A stretch of DNA of 64,000 nucleotides, taken from NCBI GenBank assembly GCA_963798845.1, contig CAWCUS010000002.1, forward strand, positions 768,001 to 832,000, given 5' to 3'. This DNA comes from an uncultured Gemmatimonadales bacterium. Lineage in GTDB: Bacteria; Gemmatimonadota; Gemmatimonadetes; Longimicrobiales; RSA9. Both the position numbers and the translations under genes were made by a program. Below are positions 1 to 10,928 of this stretch, piece by piece. Numbering within the stretch: the first letter of the stretch is position 1; every line of letters starts with the position of its first letter. Under the pieces are notes generated by a model. That model made no database searches, had not been told where the DNA came from, and saw only the letters and a list, made by a program, of their open reading frames with translations.

Positions 1-59
1 CTACGGGTCGCCGGAACAAAGGAAAAGCATACGATGACGTTCAACCATGCGAGGCTGCA

Positions 60-1169
60 GTGAGCGTTCCCCTGCTGGACCTGCAGGCGCAATACCGGAG
101 CATGTCGGGAGAGCTGGATGCGGCAGTGGCGGCGGTGGTGCAGTCGCAGCGATTCATCCTGGGCGAGCCGGTGGAGCGGCTCGAGGCGGAGCTCGCCGAG
201 CGCGTGGGCGTCCCCCACGCCGTGGGCTGCGCCAGCGGCACGGACGCGATCCTGCTCGCGCTGAAAGGGCTGCAGCTCGACCCGGGAGACGAGGTGGTGG
301 TTCCGGCCTTCACCTTCTTCGCCACGGCGGGCGCGGTGTGGAACGCAGGACTCCGCCCGGTCTTCGCCGACATCGACGGCGGGACGTTCAACCTCACGGC
401 GGACACGATCGAGGCTGCGCTCACGCCGCGCACCCGCGCCATCGTGGTCGTCCACCTGTTCGGGCAGATGGCCGTCATGCCGCCCATCCTCGCGCTCGCG
501 GAGCGGCACGGGCTGGCGGTCGTGGAGGACGCCGCGCAGTCCATCGACGCCGCGCAGCGCGTGGACGACGAGTGGCGCGCGGCCGGCTCGCTCGGCACTG
601 CGGGCGCCTTCTCCTTCTTCCCGACCAAGAACCTGGGGGGCTTCGGGGACGGCGGCCTCATGACCACCCGCGACGGAGCGCTTGCGGACCGGCTCCGCAA
701 GCTGCGCGTGCACGGCGGTCGGCAGATGTACCACCACGAGATGGTGGGGACCAACTCGCGGCTGGATGCGATCCAGGCGGCCGTCCTCCTGGCCAAGCTG
801 CCGCACCTGGACCGGTGGACGGAGGCCAGGCGCGCGCACGCGGCCCGCTACGATGCGGCGTTGGCCGGCGCCGACGGGATACGCCCCCCGGTCACGCTGG
901 ACCGGAACCGCCACGTGTACAATCAGTACACGATCCGCTGCGACGACCGGGGCGCGGTGAAGGCGGCGCTCGACGCAGCCGGCGTGGGGGCGGGCATCTA
1001 CTACCCGGTCCCCCTCCACTTGCAGGAGTGCTTCCGCGCGCTGGGATACGGCACCGGCGACTTCCCCGTGTCCGAGCGGGCGTGCGAGCAGGTACTTTCC
1101 TTGCCAGTGTATCCGGAGCTGGCGGAAGCGCAGCAGGACGAAGTGATCCGGGCCGTGACCCGGGCGTAG
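60..1169 (+). CDS. DegT/DnrJ/EryC1/StrS family PLP-dependent sugar aminotransferase
   Basis: Motifs ASGTDAI, VVEDAAQS, FSFFPTKNLGGFGDGG (PLP lysine), NSRLDAIQA, LSLPVYPEL. Confidence 0.93.
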   Translation: MSVPLLDLQAQYRSMSGELDAAVAAVVQSQRFILGEPVERLEAELAERVGVPHAVGCASGTDAILLALKGLQLDPGDEVVVPAFTFFATAGAVWNAGLRPVFADIDGGTFNLTADTIEAALTPRTRAIVVVHLFGQMAVMPPILALAERHGLAVVEDAAQSIDAAQRVDDEWRAAGSLGTAGAFSFFPTKNLGGFGDGGLMTTRDGALADRLRKLRVHGGRQMYHHEMVGTNSRLDAIQAAVLLAKLPHLDRWTEARRAHAARYDAALAGADGIRPPVTLDRNRHVYNQYTIRCDDRGAVKAALDAAGVGAGIYYPVPLHLQECFRALGYGTGDFPVSERACEQVLSLPVYPELAEAQQDEVIRAVTRA

Positions 1170-1190
1170 AAACCTCGAACACGGAATACA

Positions 1191-2525
1191 ATGCACGTTT
1201 CGGTGATCGGGACCGGGTACGTCGGCCTCGTGGTGGGCGCCGGGCTGGCGGAAATGGGGAACGACGTGATCTGCGCGGACATCGATGAGCGCAAGGTCGC
1301 CATGCTCGCCGCGGGCGAGGTCCCCATCTACGAGCCAGGGCTGGGCACCCTGGTAACGCGCAACCTCGAAGAGGGGCGCCTCACCTTCACCACCGACCTA
1401 CCCCACGCCGTCCGGGAGTCGGACATCATCTTCATCGCGGTGGGCACGCCCGAAGGCGAGGACGGCAGCGCCGACCTCCAGCACGTGCTCGACGTGGCCT
1501 CCGTCATCGGGCGGCACATGAACGGGGAGAAGGTGGTGACCACCAAGAGCACGGTCCCGGTCGGCACGGCGGCGAAGGTCCGGGCCGCGATCGAGGCGGA
1601 GACGCAACACGCGGTGCACGTCTGCTCCAACCCGGAGTTCCTCAAGGAGGGCGCCGCGGTGGACGACTTCATGAAGCCGGATCGCGTCGTCATCGGCGTG
1701 GACTCGGAAGTCGCCAGGCAGGCGCTGGGAGAGCTGTACGCGCCGTTCGTCCGCACGGGGAACCCGGTGATCTTCATGGACATCGCCTCCGCGGAGATCA
1801 CCAAGTACGCGGCCAACGCCATGCTGGCCACGCGCATCTCCTTCATGAACATGGTCTCGCGCCTGTGTGCCGCCGTGGGCGCCGACGTGGACAAGGTGCG
1901 CCAGGGCGTGGGCACCGACGACCGCATCGGCTCCTCCTTCCTCTTCGCCGGCGTGGGCTACGGCGGGAGCTGCTTCCCGAAGGACGTGAAGGCGCTCATC
2001 CGAACGCTGCAGGAGCACGGCGTGGACTCGGGCATCCTGGACGCGGTGGAGGCGCTGAACGCGGGGCAGAAGCGCCTGATCCTCGACGCCGTGGAAGAGC
2101 GCTTCGGTGCCGACCTCTCCGGGCGAACCTTCGGCATCTGGGGCATGGCCTTCAAAGCCGGCACCGACGACATGAGAGAAGCCACCTCGCTCGTCGTCAT
2201 CGAGGGGCTCCTGGAGCGCGGAGCGCGCGTCCAGGCGCACGACCCGGAAGCGATGGACAACGCACGCCGCTGGTTCGGCGATCGCGTCCTGTTCACCCAG
2301 AGCAACTACGACGCGCTCCACCAGGCGGACGCGCTGCTCATCCTCACCGAGTGGCAGCCGTACCGCCGCCCGGACTTCGAACGGATGCGCAACCTGCTCA
2401 CGTCGCCGGTGGTGCTCGACGGACGAAACCTCTTCAACCCGGAGAGGATGGAGAGCCTCGGGTTCGACTACTGGAGCGTGGGGCGCCGGGGCGTGACGCA
2501 GACCGGGAAGCGCGTCCCCGTCTGA
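1191..2525 (+). CDS. ugd: UDP-glucose 6-dehydrogenase
   Basis: GTGYVG Rossmann motif, KSTVPVGT, NPEFLKEG, GYGGSCFPKD catalytic motif. Confidence 0.95.
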   Translation: MHVSVIGTGYVGLVVGAGLAEMGNDVICADIDERKVAMLAAGEVPIYEPGLGTLVTRNLEEGRLTFTTDLPHAVRESDIIFIAVGTPEGEDGSADLQHVLDVASVIGRHMNGEKVVTTKSTVPVGTAAKVRAAIEAETQHAVHVCSNPEFLKEGAAVDDFMKPDRVVIGVDSEVARQALGELYAPFVRTGNPVIFMDIASAEITKYAANAMLATRISFMNMVSRLCAAVGADVDKVRQGVGTDDRIGSSFLFAGVGYGGSCFPKDVKALIRTLQEHGVDSGILDAVEALNAGQKRLILDAVEERFGADLSGRTFGIWGMAFKAGTDDMREATSLVVIEGLLERGARVQAHDPEAMDNARRWFGDRVLFTQSNYDALHQADALLILTEWQPYRRPDFERMRNLLTSPVVLDGRNLFNPERMESLGFDYWSVGRRGVTQTGKRVPV

Positions 2526-2577
2526 GCGCTCCGCCGCGGCGTTGATGCCGGGGTGGCGAACGACTACGTTGCACGCC

Positions 2578-3306
2578 ATGAGCAACGGTGCGCATCCGCT
2601 GATCCAGAGGGCGAGGAGCGCCATCGAGCGGCGCGACTATGTGGCCGCCCTGGCGGATCTGCGGGAGGTGGTGGAAAACTACCCGCACTTCGCGGACGTT
2701 CACCACATGCTCGGCATCTGCCTCAGCATGATGGGGCAGACCGAGGACGCCGTCGCGGAGTTCGACCGCGCCGTCGAGGCCAACCCGCACTACGTCGAGG
2801 CCCACCTCAACCGCGCCATCACCCTCAACGAGCTCGGCCGCTTCGACGAGGCCACCGAGGCGTTCGAACACGCGGCCGACGCGGAGGCGAGGGTGGGCGG
2901 CCGCTTCGCCGCGTCCGTGTCCGCCCGGATCGCCAACGCCCACGCTGCCGTCGGCGACCTCTACATGGCCGCGCGCGCGCCCGCCGACGCCGCCGAGGAG
3001 TTCAGGCGCGCGCTGGCGCTCCGCCCCACCTTCCCGGACATCCGGAACCGCCTCGGCGAGGCGCTCCTTCAGGTCGGGGATGCCGGGAGCGCGAGGACCG
3101 AGTTCGAGCGGGCGCTGGAGGCGGCGCCCACCTTCTTCCGCGCCCGCCTCAATCTCGGCCTCGCGCTCCTCCGTCTCGGCGACGCCGACGGCGCGCGCGC
3201 GGAGTGGGAGGAGTGTCGCGTCCTTCAGCCGGAGAGCCCGCAGCTGCGCGCGTTCCTGTGCCTCCTGGAACAGCCCACGGAGGAGCATGCGGGCGGCGTT
3301 GGCTGA
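2578..3306 (+). CDS. Tetratricopeptide repeat protein
   Basis: Repeated TPR helices (PHFADVHHMLG, PHYVEAHLNRA, PTFPDIRNRLG, PTFFRARLNLG). Confidence 0.85.
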   Translation: MSNGAHPLIQRARSAIERRDYVAALADLREVVENYPHFADVHHMLGICLSMMGQTEDAVAEFDRAVEANPHYVEAHLNRAITLNELGRFDEATEAFEHAADAEARVGGRFAASVSARIANAHAAVGDLYMAARAPADAAEEFRRALALRPTFPDIRNRLGEALLQVGDAGSARTEFERALEAAPTFFRARLNLGLALLRLGDADGARAEWEECRVLQPESPQLRAFLCLLEQPTEEHAGGVG

Positions 3307-3318
3307 GCCACGGGAGCG

Positions 3319-4275
3319 GTGAGGCGGATGCTTCGCAACCCCGCCGTCCGGCTACTGCTGGCCGTGCTGCTTCTGGCGCTCTGGGCGTGTGGCGACAACG
3401 AGTCCGCCATCGCCCGCGGTGACCGCCTGTGGGCCGACTCCAGCTTCGACGCCGCCATGGTCGAATACCGCCTGGCCGTCGCCCGGCACGGCGATGCAGA
3501 TTCGCGCGCCCGGCTCGCCCACGCCTACGCCCGCGCCAACCGCCTCGACGACGCGCGCGACGTCTACGCCGAGCTGGTGAGCGCGGAGCCGGCCTCCGGC
3601 TCGCAGGCCGCGTACGACTACCTCGCCGTCGCCCGCCGCGCCCTCCGTCGACAGGACGACTTCGGCGCCGCGTCCGCCGTCGACGCCGCCCTCGCCGTCA
3701 TGCCCGGCCTCCACCTCCCCGGCGCCGCGCTCGCCGTCGCGCGCTTCTACCGTGACCACGGCGAGCCGGAGCGCGCGCTCGACTACTACGCCCGCGCGTT
3801 GACCACGCTCCCGCCCGACTCCGCAATGCCGGTGCTGTACGAGATCGGGCTGCTCGAGGAGAACCGGGACAGCTGCGACATCGCCCTGGACTACTATCGC
3901 GCGTTCCGGCTCCAGGCGGCCCGCGACCAGGCGCAGCGCTCCCGTCTCGGGGAGGCCACGTGGCACACGGGGAACTGCTCCTTCCGGCTGGCGCAGCAGG
4001 CGAGAGACGCGGGCGATGCGCAGGAGGCGCTCCAGCACCTGGACACGATGATCCGCCTCGGAGAGCCGGAGAACCTGCTCGACCAGGCGTGGTTCGAGCG
4101 CGGAGAGATCCTGTACGCCACCGGCCGCTTCCAGGACGCCCTGGCCTCGTACCGCGAGGTCCTCGAGCGGAGCCCCGCCCGCACCGGTCAGCTGGTCGAG
4201 CGTGCGCAGGAGCGCATCGACGCGATCCGCTTCGGGCCCCAGCCCGCGGACACCGCCCCTCCGGTTCCACGCTAG
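3319..4275 (+). CDS. TPR-containing lipoprotein
   Basis: Signal peptide with lipobox-like LWAC; TPR-like repeats (LDQAWFERGEILY). Confidence 0.75.
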   Translation: MRRMLRNPAVRLLLAVLLLALWACGDNESAIARGDRLWADSSFDAAMVEYRLAVARHGDADSRARLAHAYARANRLDDARDVYAELVSAEPASGSQAAYDYLAVARRALRRQDDFGAASAVDAALAVMPGLHLPGAALAVARFYRDHGEPERALDYYARALTTLPPDSAMPVLYEIGLLEENRDSCDIALDYYRAFRLQAARDQAQRSRLGEATWHTGNCSFRLAQQARDAGDAQEALQHLDTMIRLGEPENLLDQAWFERGEILYATGRFQDALASYREVLERSPARTGQLVERAQERIDAIRFGPQPADTAPPVPR

Positions 4276-4277
4276 CC

Positions 4278-5480
4278 ATGAGAACGGCGGATTTCCTCGT
4301 CATCGGCGGGGGGATCGTCGGCATCGCCGTCGCGCTCGAAGCCGCCCGCCGGAACCCCGGCAGCCACGTCGTGCTCCTCGAGAAGGAGGAAGACGTCGCG
4401 CGCCACGCCAGCGGCCGGAACAGCGGCGTCCTCCACGCCGGTCTCTACTATCCGGCCGGCTCGCTGAAAGCGCGCTTCGCCCGGGAAGGGAACCGTCGGC
4501 TGACCGAGTACTGCACGGAGCGAGGGCTGCCGATCAACCGCTGCGGCAAGCTCGTCGTCGCCCGCGACGATGCAGAGCAGGAAGGGCTCCAGGAGCTGCT
4601 CCGGCGCGGGCGCGGCAACGGCGTCGCTCTCGAGGAGGTGGACGAGCAGGCCGCGCGCCAGCTCGATCCCGCCGCCCGCGTCCGCGGCCGCGCCCTCTTC
4701 TCGCCGGCGACCTCGTCCTTGGACCCGGGCGCCGTGGTCCGCGCCCTGGCCGACGATTCCCGGGCGCTGGGCGTCGAGCTCCGCACGGGCGAGGAGGTGG
4801 TCGGGGGCGGGGACGGAGACGGGGTGCGCACTCGCCGCGAGCGCTGGTCGGCCGGGTACGTCGTCAACGCCGCGGGCGCATACGCCGACCGCGTCGCCGG
4901 CTGGTTCGGCTTCGGCGAAGGCTACCGCATCCTCCCGTTCAAGGGACGGTACCTGCGCGCGGCGGCGCCGGTGCAGCTCCGCCGGCACATCTATCCTGTC
5001 CCCGACCTCCGATACCCGTTCCTCGGTGTCCATTTCACCGTGGCGGTGAACGGCGACGTCTGGATCGGTCCGACGGCCACGCCCGTGCTCGGGAAGGAGC
5101 AGTACCGGACGACTCACCTGGCCGCCGGTGAGGCGGTGGTGAACGCGTGGAGGCTGGGCTTTCTCCTGACTTCCCCCCATAATTCGGGGCTGCGCCGCCT
5201 TGCGGTGAAGGAGATCCGGCGGCATTCTCGCCGGGCGCTGGTGGCGGAAGCGGGGACGCTGGCGCGGGGGTTGCCCCCGGCGCGGAGGTGGGAGCCGCTG
5301 CGTCCCGGGATCCGCGCGCAGCTGGTGGACACGCGGACGTGGAAACTCGTGGACGATTTCGTGTACGAGGCCGACGACCGCTCGCTGCACGTGCTCAATG
5401 CGGTCTCGCCCGGGTTCACGTGCGCGTTCCCCCTGGCCGAGCACCTGCTGGACATCATCGACGGGAAGCGGGAGACGTGA
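4278..5480 (+). CDS. lhgO: L-2-hydroxyglutarate oxidase family FAD oxidoreductase
   Basis: IGGGIVG FAD motif, HASGRNSGVLHAGLYY, PFLGVHFT, GIRAQ, HVLNAVSPGFT. Confidence 0.88.
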   Translation: MRTADFLVIGGGIVGIAVALEAARRNPGSHVVLLEKEEDVARHASGRNSGVLHAGLYYPAGSLKARFAREGNRRLTEYCTERGLPINRCGKLVVARDDAEQEGLQELLRRGRGNGVALEEVDEQAARQLDPAARVRGRALFSPATSSLDPGAVVRALADDSRALGVELRTGEEVVGGGDGDGVRTRRERWSAGYVVNAAGAYADRVAGWFGFGEGYRILPFKGRYLRAAAPVQLRRHIYPVPDLRYPFLGVHFTVAVNGDVWIGPTATPVLGKEQYRTTHLAAGEAVVNAWRLGFLLTSPHNSGLRRLAVKEIRRHSRRALVAEAGTLARGLPPARRWEPLRPGIRAQLVDTRTWKLVDDFVYEADDRSLHVLNAVSPGFTCAFPLAEHLLDIIDGKRET

Positions 5481-6247
5481 AGAGAAAGTTCGGGTTGATG
5501 GGCAGGGGCCCGCGGCGCGCCCTCTGGCCCCTGCTGGCGGCCGTGGCAGCGCTGAGCGCCGCATGCGGCCCCAAAGCGCCGCCTCTGACGCAGATGACGC
5601 CCGAGGAGCTCTGGCTCAAGGGCGTGGACGCGTACAACGCCAGGCACTGGGACAAGGCCATCCGCTTCTTCGGCCAGTACATCACGGTCGGCGGCACGGA
5701 TCCCCGCGTCCACCAGGCCCGCTACTACACGGGCGAAGCGTACTTCAACGACCACCAGTACGTCAGCGCCGCGGGTGAGTTCACCCGCCTCGCCGGCGAC
5801 CTCGGCCGCACCGATCTGGCCGACGACGCTCGCTTCATGGCCTGCCGCGCCTACGAGGAGCTGTCACCCGATCCGCAGCTCGACCAGGAGTACACGCGCG
5901 CCGCCATCGACCACTGCCAGGCGCTGATCAACTACTTCCCCGACAGCAGCCACGCCGATCAGGCGCGCGAGATCGTCGCGAACATGCAGGAGAAGCTGGC
6001 GGCCAAGGTCTACGAGGGCGGCGAGTGGTACTTCCACCGCCGGGCGTACGACTCCGCCGTCATCTACTTCGACGTGGTGGTCAAGCAATACCCGCAGACC
6101 GAGCACGCGCCCAAAGCGCTCGCCCGCCTGATCCGGATCTACGACATCCTGGACTACCAGGACGAGCACGACCAGGCCGTGCAGCAGCTCCGGTCGCAGT
6201 ACCCGGACAGTCCGGAAGCCCGGGCGCTGGGAAGGACCGCCGCCTAG
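5477..6247 (+). CDS. bamD: Outer membrane protein assembly factor BamD
   Basis: Lipobox LSAAC; TPRs with LDQEYTRAAI, EKLAAKVYE..WY..RRAYDSAVIYF, YPDSPEA. Confidence 0.85.
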   Translation: MKRKFGLMGRGPRRALWPLLAAVAALSAACGPKAPPLTQMTPEELWLKGVDAYNARHWDKAIRFFGQYITVGGTDPRVHQARYYTGEAYFNDHQYVSAAGEFTRLAGDLGRTDLADDARFMACRAYEELSPDPQLDQEYTRAAIDHCQALINYFPDSSHADQAREIVANMQEKLAAKVYEGGEWYFHRRAYDSAVIYFDVVVKQYPQTEHAPKALARLIRIYDILDYQDEHDQAVQQLRSQYPDSPEARALGRTAA

Positions 6248-6314
6248 ACGCAGGCGAGCAGGGTACCGGAGAAGGCACCCCACATTTTCACGCGGAGGGC
6301 GCCGGCGGCAAGGC

Positions 6315-7202
6315 ATGAACCGGAACGCTCGGGGGATCATCGTCATCGGCGCCAGCGGTCAGCTCGGCCGCGAGGTCGCGGGCGCGGCCGAGGCCGCCGG
6401 GCACCGCGTCCTGGCCCTGAGCCGTCCGGACCTCGACCTGGGCGACACGCGCGCCATCCGCCCGACCATCGGGGCCCTCGACTTCGACGCGTGCGTGAAC
6501 TGCGGCGCCTACACGGCGGTGGACGCGGCCGAGCGCGACGCCGAAGCCGCCTTCCGCGTAAACGCCTACGCCGCGGAAGAGATCGCGCGCGCGTGCGCCG
6601 CGGGCGGACGGCGGCTGGTGCAGGTGAGCACCGACTACGTGTTCGATGGGGAGAGCGAAACCCCCTACCTCCCCGAAGCCCCGCCTGGCCCGATCAACGT
6701 GTACGGGGCATCGAAGCTGGCGGGCGAGGCGCTGGCCAGGCGCGCGCACCCGGACGGCACGCTGGTCGTGCGGACGTCGTCCGTGTTCGGCGTCGCGGCC
6801 GCCCGGGAAGGCGGTGGCGGGAATTTCGTCGAGACCGTGCTCCGGCTGGCACGGGAGCGGCAGGACCTGCGGGTGGTGAGCGACGCGGTGATGGCGCCCA
6901 CCTACGCGCCCGATCTCGCCCGGGCCATCCTCGCCCTCCTGGACTGCGATGCCCCCGCCGGGACCTGGCACGTGACCAACGAGGGGACCGCCAGCTGGCT
7001 CGACTTCGCCCGGGAGATCGTGACGCGCGCAGGGATCCACGCCGAGCTCCAGCCCATCACCGGCGACGAGTACCCCGCCGCCGCCCGACGGCCCAGGTTC
7101 AGCGTCCTGCACACCGGCCGGACCACCGAGCACATCGGCCCGCTGCCGCCGTGGCGGGAGGCGCTGGGCACGTACCTGCGAGAACGCGCCCGCAGCGCCT
7201 GA
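6315..7202 (+). CDS. rfbD: dTDP-4-dehydrorhamnose reductase
   Basis: GASGQLG, AYTAVDAAE, STDYVFDG, YGASKLAGE. Confidence 0.95.
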   Translation: MNRNARGIIVIGASGQLGREVAGAAEAAGHRVLALSRPDLDLGDTRAIRPTIGALDFDACVNCGAYTAVDAAERDAEAAFRVNAYAAEEIARACAAGGRRLVQVSTDYVFDGESETPYLPEAPPGPINVYGASKLAGEALARRAHPDGTLVVRTSSVFGVAAAREGGGGNFVETVLRLARERQDLRVVSDAVMAPTYAPDLARAILALLDCDAPAGTWHVTNEGTASWLDFAREIVTRAGIHAELQPITGDEYPAAARRPRFSVLHTGRTTEHIGPLPPWREALGTYLRERARSA

Positions 7203-7358
7203 AACGGCATCGCCGTGAGGCCGTGGGGCGTTCACGCGCCGGTGACCGGCGGTTCCGGGTGCGTCGATCGTCCGTCCTGCCGCCGTGTACGTGACGCGTC
7301 TCAGCGCGTACGTTTCCGTCTTCGTCGAAGGATGGCAGCGCGCGAACACGGGAACACG

Positions 7359-8444
7359 ATGACCGACACACCTCCCCGGACCCTCCTCGTCACCGGCGGC
7401 GCGGGCTTCATCGGCTCTTCGGTGGTCCGCCGGCTGATCCAGGAGACGCGGCATGGGTTGGTGGTGAACCTGGACGCGCTCACGTACGCGGCCAACCCGG
7501 ACTCGCTGCGGGACGTGGAGCGGAGCGACCGGTACGCGTTCGAGCGGGCGGACATCCGGGACCGGGAAGCGGTGCGCGGAGTGTTCGAGCGCCATCGCCC
7601 TGACGCGGTGCTGCACCTGGCCGCGGAGTCGCACGTGGACCGCTCCATCGATGCGCCCGGTGCGTTCATCGAGACGAACGTGTACGGCACCTACGTGATG
7701 CTGGAGGAGGCGAGGCGCCACTGGCTCCGGCTCGACGATGACGGCCGCGCGGGCTTCCGGTTCGTGCACGTGTCCACGGACGAGGTCTTCGGGTCGCTGG
7801 GGGCGGAGGGTAGATTCGCCCCGGACACCCCGTACGACCCCAGCTCGCCGTACTCCGCGACCAAGGCGGGCTCCGACCACCTGGCCCGGGCGTGGCAGCG
7901 GACCTTCGGGCTGCCCACGCTGGTCACCAACTGCTCCAACAACTACGGCCCGTTCCAGTTCCCCGAGAAGCTCATCCCGCTCATGATCCTGCGCGCGCTC
8001 GAGGGGCAGGAGCTGCCCGTCTACGGACGGGGCGAGAACGTCCGGGACTGGCTGCACGTGGACGACCACGCCGCCGCCCTGCTCCTGGCGCTGGAGCACG
8101 GCCAGCCGGGCGCCACTTACCTGTTCGGCGGACATGGCGAGCGTCGTAACCTGGACGTGGTGGAGCGGATCTGCGATCTGGTGGACGAGCTGGCGGGCGA
8201 GGAGCCGGCGGGGCCCCGGCGTCGCCTGATCCGGTTCGTGGAGGACCGGCCCGGACACGACCTCCGCTACGCCATCGACCCGGCCGAGGCGGAAGTGAAG
8301 CTCGGCTGGCGGCCACAGCGCAGCTTCGAGGCGGGGCTGCGGCAGACCGTCGCCTGGTACCTCGAGAACCGGTGGTGGTGGGAGCGGATCCGCTCGGGCG
8401 AGTACCGGGGCGAGCGACTCGGGCTGTCCGCGGAGGTGCGCTGA
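7359..8444 (+). CDS. rfbB: dTDP-glucose 4,6-dehydratase
   Basis: [56 protein letters not shown]. Confidence 0.96.
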   Translation: MTDTPPRTLLVTGGAGFIGSSVVRRLIQETRHGLVVNLDALTYAANPDSLRDVERSDRYAFERADIRDREAVRGVFERHRPDAVLHLAAESHVDRSIDAPGAFIETNVYGTYVMLEEARRHWLRLDDDGRAGFRFVHVSTDEVFGSLGAEGRFAPDTPYDPSSPYSATKAGSDHLARAWQRTFGLPTLVTNCSNNYGPFQFPEKLIPLMILRALEGQELPVYGRGENVRDWLHVDDHAAALLLALEHGQPGATYLFGGHGERRNLDVVERICDLVDELAGEEPAGPRRRLIRFVEDRPGHDLRYAIDPAEAEVKLGWRPQRSFEAGLRQTVAWYLENRWWWERIRSGEYRGERLGLSAEVR

Positions 8445-9331
8445 TGGCGAGGAAGGGGATCATCCTGGCGGGCGGATCGGGCACACGGCTGTACCCGATC
8501 ACGCGGGTGGTGAGCAAGCAGCTCCTCCCCGTGTTCGACAAGCCGATGGTCTACTACCCGCTGTCCACGCTCATGCTGGCCGGGATCCGGGACATCCTCG
8601 TCATCTCCACGCCCGACGACCTTCCCCGCTTCCGTGCGCTCCTGGGCGATGGCGGCGACTGGGGGCTCTCCTTCTCCTTCGCCGAGCAGCCGGCGCCGGA
8701 CGGGCTCGCGCAGGCGTTCACCATCGGACGGGACTTCATCGGCGACGACCCCGTCGCCCTCATCCTGGGCGACAACATCTTCTACGGCCACGGCCTCAGC
8801 CGCATCCTCCGCTCCGCAGCAGCCCGTGAGCACGGCGCCACCATCTTCGGCTACTACGTCCACGACCCGGAGCGCTACGGCGTGGCGGAGCTGGGCGAGG
8901 GCGGGGAAGTGGTCGGGATCGAGGAGAAGCCCGCGTCGCCCCGGTCGAGCTACGCGGTGACCGGGCTCTATTTCTACGACAATCGGGTGGTGGAGATCGC
9001 GGCCGGGCTGGAGAAGTCGGCGCGCGGGGAGTACGAGATCACCGACGTGAACCTGCACTACCTCCGGCACCGGGCGCTGCGCATGGAAGTCCTCGGGCGC
9101 GGCTTCGCCTGGCTCGACACCGGCACGCACGCATCGTTGCAGGACGCGTCCGCATTCATCGAGACCATCGAGGCCCGCCAGGGGTTGAAGGTGGCGGTGC
9201 CCGAGGAGATCGCATACCGCATGGGCTGGATCGACGCCGGGGGTCTGCGCGCGCTCGCGGAGCCGCTCCGCAGCAGCGGCTACGGCGAGTACCTGCTCGG
9301 CATCCTGGAGCGGCCGGCCCGATGGACGTGA
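8444..9331 (+). CDS. rfbA: Glucose-1-phosphate thymidylyltransferase
   Basis: [42 protein letters not shown]. Confidence 0.97.
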   Translation: MARKGIILAGGSGTRLYPITRVVSKQLLPVFDKPMVYYPLSTLMLAGIRDILVISTPDDLPRFRALLGDGGDWGLSFSFAEQPAPDGLAQAFTIGRDFIGDDPVALILGDNIFYGHGLSRILRSAAAREHGATIFGYYVHDPERYGVAELGEGGEVVGIEEKPASPRSSYAVTGLYFYDNRVVEIAAGLEKSARGEYEITDVNLHYLRHRALRMEVLGRGFAWLDTGTHASLQDASAFIETIEARQGLKVAVPEEIAYRMGWIDAGGLRALAEPLRSSGYGEYLLGILERPARWT

Positions 9332-9891
9332 CCGATCTGGCGCTGGACGGCGTCAGGCTCCTCCGGCCGCGCGTCTTCCGCGACGACCGCGGGTCCTTCC
9401 TCGAGACCTGGCGGCTGGAGCGCTACGCCGAGCACGGAATCCCCGGAACGTTCGTCCAGGACAATGCCGCAGTCTCCCGCCGGGGCGTCCTCCGGGGGCT
9501 GCACTACCAGTGGCCTGAGCCGCAGGGCAAGCTGGTCATGGTGCTCCACGGCGAGGCCTTCGACGTGGCCGTGGACCTGCGCCGTGGTTCCCCCACCTTC
9601 GGGCGCTGGGTCGGGGAGGTCCTGTCCGCCGGGAACGGCCACCAGATGTGGATCCCGGAAGGGTTCGCCCACGGATACGTGGCACTCTCCGACCTCGCCG
9701 TCTTCGCCTACAAGTGCACACGCCCCTACGTCCCCGAAGCCGACCGCGCCATCCGCTGGGACGACCCCGACATCGGCATCGAGTGGCCCATCACGGAGCC
9801 GGTCCTTTCGGACAAGGACGCGGGGGCGCCTCTCCTGGCGGACGTGCCCGGGGAGGCGCTTCCGGGACTTCCCCTCCACCCGGAGGCGTGA
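9322..9891 (+). CDS. rfbC: dTDP-4-dehydrorhamnose 3,5-epimerase
   Basis: [37 protein letters not shown]. Confidence 0.96.
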   Translation: MDVTDLALDGVRLLRPRVFRDDRGSFLETWRLERYAEHGIPGTFVQDNAAVSRRGVLRGLHYQWPEPQGKLVMVLHGEAFDVAVDLRRGSPTFGRWVGEVLSAGNGHQMWIPEGFAHGYVALSDLAVFAYKCTRPYVPEADRAIRWDDPDIGIEWPITEPVLSDKDAGAPLLADVPGEALPGLPLHPEA

Positions 9892-9893
9892 CA

Positions 9894-9934
9894 CGAAGGG
9901 CTCGAAGGGTCGAAGAGTCGAAGGGAACGGAAGG
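9894..9934. repeat. Short imperfect tandem repeat (CGAAGGG-type, ~5 copies)
   Basis: cgaaggg-ct-cgaaggg-t-cgaagag-t-cgaaggg-aa-cggaagg immediately after the rfbC stop. Confidence 0.6.
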
Positions 9935-9941
9935 ATGCAGC

Positions 9942-9973
9942 GGCGGGGCGGCCCGACAACGGACCGCCCCGCC
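9942..9973. terminator. GC-rich hairpin between convergent genes, possible bidirectional terminator
   Basis: ggcggggcgg...ccgccccgcc inverted repeat; no strong U-tract. Confidence 0.45.
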
Positions 9974-10018
9974 ATGCTGGTTTACGCCCCCGGGGAGAGA
10001 GGATGGGCGCGCAGTCTC

Positions 10019-10876
10019 CTACCTGTTCTTTCCGCTCGCGTTGGGGTTGCCGTTGCCGCTGTCATGGTCGAACACCACCGTGCCCGTCCACACCGTGCTG
10101 TCGAAGCAGTTCGTCGCGGTGACCGTCACCACGTACGAATGCCCGTCGTCGTCACCGCCGAGCTTGTACGCCGCGAGCGCCAGCGTCTGGGACCAGCCGG
10201 CCCCCGACAGCGCCGCCACGGCGGCCGTGGCCACGTCCATGGCCGTGTACGGGGGGGACGCCGTCGTGTCATACTCGTCGTCCACGGCGTAGGTGAGCGA
10301 GGTGGTCAGGCCCGAGTCGTCGCCTTTCCAGTCCACCGTCCCCGAGAACGCGAGATCCAGGATGCTGTTCTGGTTGAGGTTGTAGTCCTTCCGCTCGATC
10401 TCGAACGGGAACGGCGCCGGCGCGACGATGGTCAGCAGCGGGGCTTCCGTCGCCCCGCACACCTCCGCCACCACCTCGCCATCCACGCCCACGCAGTCCG
10501 AGTACTGGCTCGAGTTGTCGCCCTGGCCGACCGGCGCCAGCGCCCTCACCTTCACGCACCAGTCGTTGGCGGACCACGGCTCCTCGAACGTGGCGGACGT
10601 CGCGGGCGTCTCCACCCGCTGCGTTCCGCCCGCGCCCTGGATCACCATCTCGTAGGCGTCGGCGCCGTCCACCGCCCCCCAGCCCGCCGTGCACCACCCC
10701 TCGTCCTGGCCGGCCGCAGGGCAGTCCACCGTGGGCCCCGCCGGCGTTTCCAGCTTGCCCTGCCTCGCCGACGCCAGCGCGGCGCCGTCCGGCACCACAA
10801 GGCTATCGGGCAGGTCCGTCGTTTCCCCGCACGCCGCCAGCACGACGATGAGCGGGAGGATCGGTAGTCTCCTCAT
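10019..10876 (-). CDS. Secreted lipoprotein with beta-rich (FnIII/Ig-like) domains
   Basis: MRRLPILPLIVVLAAC lipobox; FnIII-like segment (WGAVDGADAYE...VKVRAL...SQYS); AGGAAG-type RBS. Confidence 0.7.
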   Translation of the reverse strand: MRRLPILPLIVVLAACGETTDLPDSLVVPDGAALASARQGKLETPAGPTVDCPAAGQDEGWCTAGWGAVDGADAYEMVIQGAGGTQRVETPATSATFEEPWSANDWCVKVRALAPVGQGDNSSQYSDCVGVDGEVVAEVCGATEAPLLTIVAPAPFPFEIERKDYNLNQNSILDLAFSGTVDWKGDDSGLTTSLTYAVDDEYDTTASPPYTAMDVATAAVAALSGAGWSQTLALAAYKLGGDDDGHSYVVTVTATNCFDSTVWTGTVVFDHDSGNGNPNASGKNR

Positions 10877-10928
10877 GCTTCCTCTCTCCGAGAAGCGGGT
10901 CTCGCCGGCAGGCGCCGGCAGCACCCTC